Of a stretch of DNA of 64,000 nucleotides, positions 1 through 9,220 are shown piece after piece. This stretch comes from an uncultured Actinomycetes bacterium. Its GTDB lineage: Bacteria; Actinomycetota; UBA4738; HRBIN12. Below the pieces are notes generated by a model. That model worked only from the letters and a program-made list of their open reading frames with translations, was not told the DNA's origin and did no database searches. The translations under genes were made by a program, and so were the position numbers. The DNA lies in the NCBI GenBank assembly GCA_963776425.1, contig CAVZMG010000002.1:952598-1016597 (forward strand), read 5' to 3'. Position 1 is the first letter of the stretch, and every line of letters begins with the position of its first letter.

Positions 1-557
1 AGCCTGACATCGAAGCCGAAGTGGTTGAACCGGTCCTCCGAGAGTTCGCGGACCTCGAGACGGAAGGCGTCCGGATCTTGGTGAACCCGACCGGCAGGTT
101 CGAGATCGGGGGGCCGAAGGCCGACACCGGCCTCACCGGGCGCAAGATCATCGTGGACTCCTACGGCGGCATGGCACCACACGGCGGCGGGGCATTCAGT
201 GGGAAGGACCCGAGCAAGGTCGACCGGTCCGCCGCGTACATGGCGCGCTACGTCGCGAAGCACATCGTGGCTGCAGGGCTCGCCGACCGCTGCCAGCTTC
301 AGGTCGCGTACGCGATCGGGACGGCGCACCCCGTGTCGATGAACGTCGAAACCTTCGGGACCGCCGAAGTGGACCCAGCCGCGATCGTCACGGCCGTTCG
401 CGAGCTGTTCGATTTCCGTCCGGCCGCGATCATCCGTGACCTCGACCTCAGCCGCCCGATCTACCGGGACACCGCCGCGTACGGTCATTTCGGGCGCAAA
501 GAGTTCCCCTGGGAGGCGACCGACCGCGCCGACGAACTCCGCCGCGCCGTCGGGTAG
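1..557 (+). CDS. metK: S-adenosylmethionine synthetase, C-terminal part (5' end outside window)
   Basis: The ORF is open to the window start. The translation [21 protein letters not shown]...[26 protein letters not shown]...QVAYAIG matches MetK central and C-terminal motifs. Confidence 0.95.
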   Translation, partial: PDIEAEVVEPVLREFADLETEGVRILVNPTGRFEIGGPKADTGLTGRKIIVDSYGGMAPHGGGAFSGKDPSKVDRSAAYMARYVAKHIVAAGLADRCQLQVAYAIGTAHPVSMNVETFGTAEVDPAAIVTAVRELFDFRPAAIIRDLDLSRPIYRDTAAYGHFGRKEFPWEATDRADELRRAVG

Positions 558-567
558 TCCGCTCACC

Positions 568-702
568 GGCCCCGTCGCCGTCTGCGTCGACCGCCCCATC
601 CTGTCGCTCGATCGGCCGTTCACGTATCGGTTGCCCGAGGCATCCGACGCCGGGGTCGGCTCGCTCGTGCAGGTTCCGTTCCACGGGAGGCTGATCCGTG
701 GA
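568..702 (+). pseudogene. priA: PriA N-terminal segment lying in a different frame from the priA body
   Basis: Frame 1 reads GPVAVCVDRPILSLDRPFTYRLPEASDAGVGSLVQVPFHGRLIRG, a PriA-type N-terminus. There is no ATG/GTG/TTG in this frame after the metK stop. The body of the gene is in frame 2. Confidence 0.6.
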
Positions 703-2359
703 CTGGATCTTGGGGCCGACCGACGACGTGCCGGCCCGCACCCTCGACGTCAAGCGGGTGCTGTCGCCGGTGCGCTTCTTCGACGACGCGATGCTCGCGT
801 TGCTTCGTTGGGTCAGCGAGCGATACGTCTCGCCGTTGGCTGCGGTCATCGGTCGCTCGCATCCGCCCCGCGTGGTTTCGGAGGAGTCCATGGTCGCGGC
901 CTCATCCTCCCCGAACGAGATATCAGGACGCGCTGCATCCGGCGGGGCGGACCCTGAACTCCTCGACTCCTACCAAGGCGGGAACGCGCTCGCCGACGCG
1001 ATCGCGGCTGCCGGCGGGTCGTTCATCGTGCGCCCCGCGCCCGAGGACGAGGTCGCGTTGATGGTGGAGGTCGTGCGCCGTTGCCTCGCTAACGGACGGA
1101 AGGCGATCGTCGTGGTCCCCGAGTCGACCCCGATGCCCGCCACGGCCAGGGCGATGAGCAACGCGTTCGGCGAGCGGGTGGGGAGCTTGGTCGGCGGCGA
1201 TCGGCGAACCCGATACCGCCGCTGGCTCGAGATCGAGGCGGACCGCTACGAGATCGTGGTCGGCACGCGTTCAGCGGTGTTCGCCCCGGTCAGGCGATTG
1301 GGCGTGATCGCCGTCGTGCGCGAGAGCCATCCGGCCCATCGCGAGGACCGGGCCCCGTACTACCACGTGCGGGATATCGCCCTCGAACGAGCCACGCGCT
1401 CCGGTGCCGCGTGCGCGCTCAGCGCCCTCTGTCCGTCGGCCGAAGCGATGGCGCTCGGTCTCCCGCACGTGGTGCCTGTTTCCCGGCGGTGGCCCCCGGT
1501 CGAGGTCGTGAAGCCCGGGCCCGAGGGCCGGGCGCCGCGGCTGCTTCGCGCGCTGCGGGAGACCCGACGGGCGTTCCTGCTCTCCCCGATGCCCGGGTAC
1601 GGCGTGGCGCAGGTCTGCCGGTCCTGTGGTCGGCCCGCGGCCTGCGCCGCGTGCGGCGGCGTCCTGCGATCGGACGAGGGCCAAGTTAGATGCGTGGTCT
1701 GCGAAGCTCCCGGCCGTTGTGCGAACTGCGGCGCCGTCGACTTCGGCATCCGTCGTGGAGGGGTCGAGCGTGTGGCCGAGTGGGCGCGAGCTGTGGCGTC
1801 CGTGCCCGTCCACCGGATCGCATCCGGCGGGCGGTCGCGGCTCCCTACGGCCCGAGAGGTCCTGGTGGGGGGGCCGGAGGCGGTGCGCGACCTCGGGCCT
1901 GGTGGGCTCGATCTGGTCGCGATCCTCGACGCCGATACCGTGGGGCGACGACCCGGGTTGGCCGCCCGCGAACGGACCGTGGCCACTTGGATGGAGGCCG
2001 TGGCCTGGGCGCGCCCGGACGGTCGAGCGATCGTGCAGGCGGCTCAGCCGTCTGATCCCGCGATCCAGGCCCTGGTCCGCGGTAATCCCGATCGGTTCCT
2101 TGCGGACGAGGCGCGAAGACGCGCCGATGCGGGGTTCCCGGTCGGGGCGGCCGTGTTCCGCGTCGCCGGTCCGGACGGACTGGCCCAGGAGTTGGAGGCC
2201 CTTCAGCCGATCACGCAGCTGACCTCGTCGTTCGGAGGGCAGACGGTATGCTTGCTCGCGCTCGAACGCGATCGGACGCCGGCGTTCGGTTTGGCGGTTC
2301 GTGCGCTCGCGGCTCAGGATCTCGTCACGCGGGTCGAGGCCGAGCCGCACCTCGAGTGA
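698..2359 (+). CDS. priA: primosomal protein N' (PriA), main body
   Basis: A 553-aa ORF starting at GTG 698. It has a Cys-rich zinc cluster, CRSCGRPAACAACGG...RCVVCEAPGRCANCG. It sits between metK and def as in other actinobacteria. I saw no obvious GxxGxGKT Walker A. Confidence 0.85.
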   Translation: MDWILGPTDDVPARTLDVKRVLSPVRFFDDAMLALLRWVSERYVSPLAAVIGRSHPPRVVSEESMVAASSSPNEISGRAASGGADPELLDSYQGGNALADAIAAAGGSFIVRPAPEDEVALMVEVVRRCLANGRKAIVVVPESTPMPATARAMSNAFGERVGSLVGGDRRTRYRRWLEIEADRYEIVVGTRSAVFAPVRRLGVIAVVRESHPAHREDRAPYYHVRDIALERATRSGAACALSALCPSAEAMALGLPHVVPVSRRWPPVEVVKPGPEGRAPRLLRALRETRRAFLLSPMPGYGVAQVCRSCGRPAACAACGGVLRSDEGQVRCVVCEAPGRCANCGAVDFGIRRGGVERVAEWARAVASVPVHRIASGGRSRLPTAREVLVGGPEAVRDLGPGGLDLVAILDADTVGRRPGLAARERTVATWMEAVAWARPDGRAIVQAAQPSDPAIQALVRGNPDRFLADEARRRADAGFPVGAAVFRVAGPDGLAQELEALQPITQLTSSFGGQTVCLLALERDRTPAFGLAVRALAAQDLVTRVEAEPHLE

Positions 2360-2369
2360 CGACCGGAGC

Positions 2370-2903
2370 GTGACCGTGATCATCCCCATCCGCACCTTGG
2401 GTGACCCCGTGCTGAAGGAACCGACGAAGCCGGTCGAGACGTTCGATCGTGCGTTGCAGCGCCTCGCGGACGACATGTTCGCAACGATGTACGACGCGCC
2501 CGGCGTCGGACTGGCAGGCCCGCAGGTGGGCCTGTCAACCCGGCTGTTCGTGTTCGACGATGGCACGACCGGCCCGCTGTTCGTCGCGAATCCCGAGCTC
2601 GTCGGCGCGGAGGGGGATGTGGTGCTCGAGGAGGGCTGCCTGTCGATCCCGGGTCCGTTCCATCCCACCCACCGAGCCGCGGTCGTCACCTGCCGGGGCC
2701 AAGATCTCCACGGCGAGCCGTTCGAGATGCGGGGCGAAGGACTCCTGGCGCGGATCTTCCAGCACGAGACGGACCACTTGGACGGAACGCTGTTCATCGA
2801 CCGGCTCGACGAGGAGGGACGGCGAGCCGTGCTCTCCGAGCTCAGACGGATCGAGCTCGGTCTGGCCGAGCCGCGGAAGCGACAGCGGCGTGACGACGGG
2901 TAA
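2370..2903 (+). CDS. def: peptide deformylase
   Basis: Motifs GVGLAGPQVG, EGCLSIPG and HETDHLDG are present. Start trimmed to GTG 2370, just after the priA stop (GTG 2376 is an alternative). Confidence 0.95.
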   Translation: MTVIIPIRTLGDPVLKEPTKPVETFDRALQRLADDMFATMYDAPGVGLAGPQVGLSTRLFVFDDGTTGPLFVANPELVGAEGDVVLEEGCLSIPGPFHPTHRAAVVTCRGQDLHGEPFEMRGEGLLARIFQHETDHLDGTLFIDRLDEEGRRAVLSELRRIELGLAEPRKRQRRDDG

Positions 2904-3846
2904 CCACGACGACCAACCGATCCGCGTCGTCTTCCTCGGCAACGATCCCTGGTCCGTCCCCTCGCTGATCGCGCTGGCGGCGGGCGAGGGGATCGATCTC
3001 GTCCTGGTCATCACGAACCCGCCGCGGCCAGCCGGCCGCGGCGGTGGTCTGCGGTCGACCGCGGTCGCCGACGCCGCTCGCGACCTCGCCGTCCCGCTCG
3101 ACGAGGTCGCGTCGTTGAACGACGAGGTCGGCGTCGAACGGCTGCGGGCCGTGACGCCGGACGTGTTCGTGGTGGTCGCCTACGGGGAGCTGCTGCGACC
3201 CGTCGTACTCGGCATCCCTCGACTCGGAGCGGTCAACGTGCACCTGTCGCTCCTGCCTCGATGGCGCGGCGCCAGCCCGGTGCAGCACGCGATCCTCGCT
3301 GGCGATCCCGTCACCGGCGTCACCCTCATGCGCATGGACGAGGGCTTGGACACGGGACCGATCCTGGCGCGCGCGGAGCTCCCGATCGACGTTGACGAAG
3401 ATGCTGGAAGCCTCGGTGATCGTCTCGCCGCCCTCGGCGCATCGATGGTGCCGGCGACCATCACCGAACTGGCAAAGGGCCGGATCAGCCCGATCCGTCA
3501 GTCGGGTGCGTCGACGATGGCGCCGAAACTCGACCCGAGGGCCCGGCGGCTCGACTGGGCGCGACCGGCTGTTGAGATCGTCCGCCGTGTCCGTGCGTTC
3601 GCGCCGGACCCGGGCGCCTCGACCGCGTGGCGGGGCGAGAGCATGAAGGTGAAGCGCGCCCAAGCTACGGATGCGACCGGCTCGCCGCCGGGGTCGATAC
3701 TCGCGGTAGACGGCGAGGTGGTCGTGGTCGCGGCCGGGTCTGGCGCCGTTCAGCTGATGGAGATCGTTCCGGCGGGACGCCGTCAGATGTCGGCGGGCGC
3801 CTGGGCGCGAGGCGCACGCGCCCGACCGGGCGAGACGTTCGCGTGA
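2890..3846 (+). CDS. fmt: methionyl-tRNA formyltransferase
   Basis: IRVVFLGNDPWSVPSL...NVHLSLLPRWRGASPVQHAIL are formyltransferase motifs. GTG 2890 overlaps the def 3' end. The longer track ORF overlaps def out of frame. Confidence 0.93.
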   Translation: MTTGNHDDQPIRVVFLGNDPWSVPSLIALAAGEGIDLVLVITNPPRPAGRGGGLRSTAVADAARDLAVPLDEVASLNDEVGVERLRAVTPDVFVVVAYGELLRPVVLGIPRLGAVNVHLSLLPRWRGASPVQHAILAGDPVTGVTLMRMDEGLDTGPILARAELPIDVDEDAGSLGDRLAALGASMVPATITELAKGRISPIRQSGASTMAPKLDPRARRLDWARPAVEIVRRVRAFAPDPGASTAWRGESMKVKRAQATDATGSPPGSILAVDGEVVVVAAGSGAVQLMEIVPAGRRQMSAGAWARGARARPGETFA

Positions 3847-5129
3847 CCGGCAACGCCCGCCAGGTCGCGCTGGAAGCTGTCCGGCGGGTCACGGATGAAG
3901 GTGCCTACTCGACCCGCGTGATGCCTGCCCTCCTCGCTCGGTCCGGGCTCTCTGATCGGGATCGGGCATTGGCGACCGAGCTCGCGTTCGGGACGCTCCG
4001 ACATCTCGTCGGGCTTGACCGCGCGATCGCTTCGCGGTCGTCCCGACCGGTCGGTCGGATGAGCCCGGGGGCCCGCACGGTGCTGCGCCTCGGGGCGTAC
4101 CAGCTCGCCTTCACTCGGATCCCTGCACACGCGGCGGTGTCGGAGTCGGTCTCCTTGGCGTCGCCGCGAGAGCGTGGGTTCGTCAACGCGATCCTCCGGC
4201 GGCTCGCCGAGGATCCTCCGTCGCCCCCCGGCGGCGATGCGGAGGACGACGTCGCGGCGCGCACCGGTATGGCGCCATGGGGCGTCCGCGAGCTGCGGCG
4301 GCTCGTTGGGCACGACGAGGCGGAGGTGGCGGCGGAGGCGTTCGGCGAACGCGCGCTCCTCTGTCTCCGGACGAACACCTGTCGCACCGACGTGGATCGG
4401 CTGACCGAGGCGTTGCGAACCGGGGGGCACGAGCCCCGACCGGGCGCGGTCGCCGCTGACTGTCTGCTGCTGGACGGGGGAGACCCGGCGCGTCTGCCGG
4501 GGTTCGTCGACGGGTGGTTCGCCGTTCAGGATCAGGCGTCGGCCTTCGTCGTCGAGGCGCTCGAGATCCGTCAGGGCGACACCGTATTCGACGCGTGTGC
4601 GGCACCGGGAGGCAAGTCTGCGCACGCCGCTTGTCTCGCGGGGTCATCGGGCCGGGTCGTCGCGGGTGAGCTCCGTACGGAACGAGCGCCGTTGATCAGG
4701 AGCACGGGACGGCGGCTCGGCGTGCGCATCCTGGTCGTCGCGAACGACGCCTGTCGGCCTGCGCTCCGCGGGCCGTTCGATCGAGTGCTCGTCGACGCGC
4801 CGTGCTCGGGCATGGGCTCGGCGCGACGGCGTCCGGAGCTGTTGTGGCGTCCGCGCGCTGCCGACCTCTCGGGGCTCGCGCGACGGCAGGTCGCGATCGC
4901 CGCCGCGGCCGCGGATCTCCTGCGGCCGGGGGGAAGACTGGTCTATTCGGTGTGCACGTTCCCACGTGCGGAGACCGAGGCCGTGTGCGACGCGCTGGTC
5001 AGACATCGGCCCGAGTTGGAGCCGGCATCCATCGACGGACCCCATGGCGCGGCGCCCCGCATCCGGTTGTGGCCGCACCGTGACGGGACGGATGGGATGT
5101 TCCTGGCGGCGTTCACGAAACGCGGCTGA
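3843..5129 (+). CDS. rsmB: 16S rRNA (cytosine-C5) methyltransferase RsmB/Sun family
   Basis: An N-terminal NusB-like region (NARQVALEAVRRV) is followed by a SAM methyltransferase core: FDACAAPGGKS, DAPCSGMG and the PCS motif YSVCT. The GTG overlaps the fmt stop (GTGA). Confidence 0.88.
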   Translation: MTGNARQVALEAVRRVTDEGAYSTRVMPALLARSGLSDRDRALATELAFGTLRHLVGLDRAIASRSSRPVGRMSPGARTVLRLGAYQLAFTRIPAHAAVSESVSLASPRERGFVNAILRRLAEDPPSPPGGDAEDDVAARTGMAPWGVRELRRLVGHDEAEVAAEAFGERALLCLRTNTCRTDVDRLTEALRTGGHEPRPGAVAADCLLLDGGDPARLPGFVDGWFAVQDQASAFVVEALEIRQGDTVFDACAAPGGKSAHAACLAGSSGRVVAGELRTERAPLIRSTGRRLGVRILVVANDACRPALRGPFDRVLVDAPCSGMGSARRRPELLWRPRAADLSGLARRQVAIAAAAADLLRPGGRLVYSVCTFPRAETEAVCDALVRHRPELEPASIDGPHGAAPRIRLWPHRDGTDGMFLAAFTKRG

Positions 5130-5137
5130 CCTGCGGG

Positions 5138-5143
5138 TACGAT
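5138..5143 (+). promoter_or_regulatory. candidate -10 box (TACGAT) for leaderless rpe
   Basis: A TAnnnT hexamer lies 8 nt upstream of ATG 5152, with no SD between them. Confidence 0.35.
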
Positions 5144-5151
5144 ACGCGGCG

Positions 5152-5814
5152 ATGGGTTCCCTCTCCGCCTCGATCCTCTCGGCCGACTTCGCGCACCTCG
5201 GCGCCCAGGTCAAGCTGGTCGAGACCTATGCCGAAGCCATCCACATCGATGTCATGGATGCCCACTTCGTCCCGCCTCTCACGATCGGTCCCGTGGTCGT
5301 CGCGTCGCTGCGTCCGGTGACGGCCCGCACGCTTCACGGCCATCTCATGGTCGACGCCCCCGAGAGCCTCTTCGACGACCTGGCGGATGCCGGCCTCGAC
5401 GTCGTCTCGTTCCATCACGAGGCGGTCGCTGACCCCCTCCCCGTCATCGCGAAGGCGCGAGGCGTGGGTCTTCGTGTGGGCGTGACGCTCAACCTCGAGA
5501 CACCCGTGTCATCGGCGTTCAGCTACCTGGAGGAGATCGATGACCTGATGCTGATGAGCATCCGCCCCGGCTGGGCCGGGCAAGAGTTGAGCGAGGAGAT
5601 CTACCCACGTCTCGAGGCCGTGCGCACCGAGGTAGATCGCCGTGGGCTCGACACCGAGATCGAGATCGACGGCGGCGTCAAGCTGCACAACGCCCGGCGA
5701 GCGGTGGATGCGGGGGCGACGGTCCTGGTGGCCGCGTCGGCGATCTTCGGAGCCGACGACCCGGCCGATGCGGCGAGGGCGCTCGCCCGGATCGCGCGCG
5801 GAGAGGCGGCCTAG
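5152..5814 (+). CDS. rpe: ribulose-phosphate 3-epimerase
   Basis: SASILSADFAHLG...IHIDVMDAHFVPPLTIGP...FHHE...EIDGGV are classic Rpe motifs. Trimmed to ATG 5152. Confidence 0.95.
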   Translation: MGSLSASILSADFAHLGAQVKLVETYAEAIHIDVMDAHFVPPLTIGPVVVASLRPVTARTLHGHLMVDAPESLFDDLADAGLDVVSFHHEAVADPLPVIAKARGVGLRVGVTLNLETPVSSAFSYLEEIDDLMLMSIRPGWAGQELSEEIYPRLEAVRTEVDRRGLDTEIEIDGGVKLHNARRAVDAGATVLVAASAIFGADDPADAARALARIARGEAA

Positions 5815-6744
5815 ATGCCCGAGACGATCCTCGTGGTCGACGACGATCCGGATATCGCCCGGTTCGTCGAGGTCAACCTCCGTTCGGCCGGCTACGACGT
5901 GGCGGTCGCCGGCGACGGAGAGGAGGCGCTCGAGAAGGCCGCGGAGCTCCGGCCCGATCTGGTGCTGCTCGACGTGATGATGCCGCGGATCGACGGATTC
6001 GAGGTCGCACAACGTCTCCGGAAGAACCCGCAGACGGCGAACACGAGCATCATCATGCTGACCGCCAAAGCGCTCTCGGCCGACAAGGTGACCGGCCTGC
6101 AATCGGGTGCCGACGACTACATCATCAAGCCGTTCGACCCGATCGAGTTGTTGGCGCGGGTCAAAGGAACGCTCCGTCGGGCGAAGGAGATGCGGAACCT
6201 CTCACCGCTCACCGGACTTCCCGGGAACATCCGGATCCAAGAGGAGATCGAACGCCAGGTCCGGGAAGCCCGACCGTTCGCGGTCCTGTATTGCGATCTC
6301 GACAACTTCAAGACCTACAACGACCAGAAGGGGTTCGTCCGGGGTGACCGTCTGATCCAATCCACCGCGCGGATCATCCAGGATGCTGTGGTCGAGTTCG
6401 ACCCGGGCGAGGGCTTCGTTGGGCACGTAGGGGGTGACGACTTCGTCGCCGTCGTGAACCCTGATGTCGCGGAGCAGGTGGCTCAGCGGATCTGCTCTAG
6501 GTTCGATGAGACCCGGACGGATTTCTACGAAGCCGAGGATCTGGATCGTGGGTTCATCCGCATGGAGGATCGCAAGGGCGTGATGCAGGATGTGCCGCTC
6601 GTGGCGATCTCGGTCGGCATCGCCTCGACCGCGCGGCGGGGCTTCGCCCACTATGGCGAAGCGGTCGCCGTGGCGACGGAGATGAAGCAGTTCGCGAAGC
6701 GGGATCTGGGCTCGTCGTACGCGATCGACCGCCGCACGCCCTGA
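5815..6744 (+). CDS. response regulator: receiver domain plus GGDEF-type domain with a variant GGDDF motif
   Basis: The receiver has DD (9-10), D53 (LLDVMMP) and K105 (IIKPF). The GGDEF-like domain reads CDLDNFKTYNDQKGFVRGD...GHVGGDDF. The ATG directly abuts the rpe stop. Confidence 0.85.
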   Translation: MPETILVVDDDPDIARFVEVNLRSAGYDVAVAGDGEEALEKAAELRPDLVLLDVMMPRIDGFEVAQRLRKNPQTANTSIIMLTAKALSADKVTGLQSGADDYIIKPFDPIELLARVKGTLRRAKEMRNLSPLTGLPGNIRIQEEIERQVREARPFAVLYCDLDNFKTYNDQKGFVRGDRLIQSTARIIQDAVVEFDPGEGFVGHVGGDDFVAVVNPDVAEQVAQRICSRFDETRTDFYEAEDLDRGFIRMEDRKGVMQDVPLVAISVGIASTARRGFAHYGEAVAVATEMKQFAKRDLGSSYAIDRRTP

Positions 6745-6782
6745 CCGCAGAGGTTGCCCTCGCCCTCCTGCTGCCCCGACCG

Positions 6783-6788
6783 TATACT
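6783..6788 (+). promoter_or_regulatory. candidate -10 box (TATACT) for the rib leader
   Basis: TATACT lies about 10 nt upstream of the start of the FMN aptamer. Confidence 0.4.
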
Positions 6789-6794
6789 CACTAG

Positions 6795-6930
6795 CAGCAA
6801 GCTCGTTTCCGGGGCGGGGTGAGATCCCCCACCGGCGGTGACAGTCCGCGACCCCTCACGAGCCACGTGAGGGTTGACCCGGTGAGATCCCGGGACCGAC
6901 CGTGAAAGTCGGGATGGGAGGAGACGGGCG
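6795..6930 (+). promoter_or_regulatory. FMN riboswitch (RFN element) aptamer
   Basis: ggggcggggtgagatcccccaccggcggtgacagtccgcga...ggttgacccggtgagatcccgggaccgaccgtgaaagtcgggatgggagga matches the conserved RFN core blocks. It sits upstream of ribD. Confidence 0.9.
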
Positions 6931-6975
6931 CTGCGGTTCCGCGTCCGCGGAGCCGTGCGCCTCGCGTTCCCACTA

Positions 6976-6998
6976 CCACCTCGGATCGGAAGAGGTGG
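6976..6998 (+). promoter_or_regulatory. putative SD-sequestering hairpin (rib expression platform)
   Basis: ccacctc (6976-6982) is the exact reverse complement of gaggtgg (6992-6998). The latter covers the purine-rich SD just before GTG 7003. Confidence 0.5.
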
Positions 6999-7002
6999 AC
7001 AC

Positions 7003-8109
7003 GTGGACGAACGGGAACGCTTCATGCGCCGAGCGTTGGAGCTGGCGCAGCGCGGACGTGGTCGTGTCTCACCGAATCCGCTCGTGGGTGCCGTCGTCGT
7101 TCGCGGCGACTCGATCGTCGGCGAGGGCTGGCACGAAGGACCAGGCACCGCCCACGCTGAGGTGGTCGCGCTCACCGAGGCCGGCGACCGCGCTCGGGGA
7201 GCAACCGTGTACTGCACCCTCGAGCCCTGCGACCACATCGGCCGGACCCCCCCGTGCACGGCGGCGCTGATCGACGCGGGCATCGCCCGGCTCGTCGCGG
7301 CTGCCCAAGATCCGAATCCCATCGTGGACGGTCGGGGATTCGCGCGCTTGCGGGAGCACGGGATCGCCGTGCAGGCCGGCATCCTCGAGACCGAGGCCCG
7401 TCGTCAGAACGCTGCGTTCGAGCGGCATGTCACGACTGGATCGCCGTTCGTGACCTTGAAGATGGCGTCTTCCCTCGACGGGAAGACGGCGGCGTCCGAT
7501 GGATCGTCGAAGTGGATCTCAGGGACAGCGGCGCGGGAGGACGCGCAACGGCTCCGCGCGGCGTCGGACGCCATCCTCGTCGGGTCGGGAACCGTTCTCG
7601 CCGACGACCCGGCGCTCACCGTTCGCGGCGACGCGGTGATCCCCGGCCGCGCGCCACTGCGCGTCGTCGTTGACAGCTCCGGCAGGGTCTCGCCCGATGC
7701 CAAGCTGTTCGACGACGCCGCTCCGACGATCGTGGCGACGACCTCCTCGGCGGATCCCGCGCGCGTCGCAGCATGGCGCGATGCCGGCGCGGACGTCGAG
7801 GTCGTTGACGTCGACGACGCGGGGCGCGTTTCACTGACCCAGGTCATCGCGCGGCTGGGCAAGCATGACGTACAAGGGTTGCTGGTCGAAGGTGGTGCGA
7901 CGGTCGCGTGGAGCCTCGTCGCGGACGGGCTCGTGGACCGGGTGGTGCTCTACATCGCGCCGTCGATCGTCGGCGGCACAGGTGCGGATCCGATCGTGGG
8001 CGGCCTGGGGTTCGCACCGATCGGCCGAGCGCTTGGGCTCCGCTTCGAACGTGTCGAGCGTCTCGGGGACGACCTGCGGGTGGAGGCCGATGTTCACGGG
8101 GATCGTTGA
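7003..8109 (+). CDS. ribD: bifunctional riboflavin biosynthesis deaminase/reductase RibD
   Basis: The deaminase motifs HAEVVAL and CTLEPCDHIGRTPPC are followed by a reductase domain (TLKMASSLDGK...). Start is GTG 7003, or ATG 7024. Confidence 0.9.
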   Translation: MDERERFMRRALELAQRGRGRVSPNPLVGAVVVRGDSIVGEGWHEGPGTAHAEVVALTEAGDRARGATVYCTLEPCDHIGRTPPCTAALIDAGIARLVAAAQDPNPIVDGRGFARLREHGIAVQAGILETEARRQNAAFERHVTTGSPFVTLKMASSLDGKTAASDGSSKWISGTAAREDAQRLRAASDAILVGSGTVLADDPALTVRGDAVIPGRAPLRVVVDSSGRVSPDAKLFDDAAPTIVATTSSADPARVAAWRDAGADVEVVDVDDAGRVSLTQVIARLGKHDVQGLLVEGGATVAWSLVADGLVDRVVLYIAPSIVGGTGADPIVGGLGFAPIGRALGLRFERVERLGDDLRVEADVHGDR

Positions 8110-8674
8110 GCTGCGGGGGACCGTCGTGCGAGCGGTGAGGGATCGATTGGCGATCGACGCCGGTCACCTGGTCGCCGACAGTGACGTGGGCGCATCCGTC
8201 GCGGTGAACGGCGTCTGCCTCACGGTGGTCGCTCGTGACGGAAGTGTGCTCTCGTTCGATGTTTCGAACGAGACCCGTGCGCGTTCGGCGCTCGGGGATC
8301 TCCAGGCCGGAGACCCGGTCAACCTGGAGCGCCCCGTCTCGCTCTCGGCCCGGCTGGGCGGTCACCTCGTACAGGGACACGTGGACGGTGTGGGCGAGGT
8401 CGAGGCGATCGAGCGGGACGGCGGCGGCGGTTCGCGGTTCGCGGTTCGCGTGCCGGCGGATCTCCTGCGGTACGTCGTCGAGAAAGGGTCCATCACCATC
8501 GACGGCGTGAGTCTTACGGTCGCGGAGGTCGATGGCGGCACGATCACGGTCGCGTTGATCCCGCACACGCTGGCGGCGACAACACTCGGTGTCGTCGCAC
8601 CGGGTGATGGCGTGAACCTGGAGGTCGATGTGATCGCGAAGTACGTTGAGCGAGCGATGGAAGGGAAGGTCTGA
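8090..8674 (+). CDS. ribE: riboflavin synthase alpha chain
   Basis: MFTGIVE...[12 protein letters not shown]...[12 protein letters not shown] is the duplicated lumazine-binding repeat. ATG 8090 overlaps the ribD end. Confidence 0.93.
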   Translation: MFTGIVELRGTVVRAVRDRLAIDAGHLVADSDVGASVAVNGVCLTVVARDGSVLSFDVSNETRARSALGDLQAGDPVNLERPVSLSARLGGHLVQGHVDGVGEVEAIERDGGGGSRFAVRVPADLLRYVVEKGSITIDGVSLTVAEVDGGTITVALIPHTLAATTLGVVAPGDGVNLEVDVIAKYVERAMEGKV

Positions 8675-9219
8675 TGAGCGAGGAACGAGCAACGACGATC
8701 GGGGGATCGGTCCTCGCGACGATCCCGGAGGCCCTCGAGGAGATCCGTCGGGGCCGGATGGTGATCGTGGTCGACGACGCCGACCGGGAGAACGAAGGCG
8801 ATCTCATCATGGCGGCCGAGAAGGTCACGCCGGAAGCGATCGCGTTCATCATCCGGTACACGAGCGGCGTGATCTGCATGCCCGTCGTGGGTGACCGACT
8901 CGATGAACTCCAGATCCCGTTGATGGTGGCCGCCAACACCGATCATCAGCGGACCGCGTTCACCGTGTCGGTCGATGCGCGGCGGGGTGTGACGACGGGG
9001 ATCTCCGCGGCGGATCGGTCCGCCACGATCAAGGCATTGATCGATCCCGGAACGAGCCCCGAGGATCTGTCGCGGCCGGGACACATCTTCCCCTTGCGAT
9101 ATCGGGAGGGAGGTGTCCTCAAGCGCGCGGGCCACACCGAAGCGGCCGTGGATCTCGCGCGCCTCGCCGGGCTGTACCCGGCGGGCGTGCTCTGTGAAAC
9201 GGTGAACGAGGACGGCAGC
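8674..9219 (+). CDS. ribBA: 3,4-dihydroxy-2-butanone-4-phosphate synthase portion of RibBA (frame 1)
   Basis: [18 protein letters not shown]...TAFTVSVD...GHIFPL...[16 protein letters not shown]...[11 protein letters not shown]. The frame then runs into nonsense (to 9489), while homology continues in frame 2. Confidence 0.85.
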
Positions 9220-9220
9220 G

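Noticed and set aside
1271-2797. A 508-aa minus-strand ORF. Similar long antisense ORFs include 14659-16086, 34306-35838, 41692-43239, 44938-46185, 53760-55361 and 60887-62086.
   Set aside because: They lie antisense to clearly homologous plus-strand genes. Their translations are low-complexity and Arg/Pro/Ser/Gly-rich, with no recognisable motifs. This is the expected artefact of stop-poor frames in high-GC DNA.
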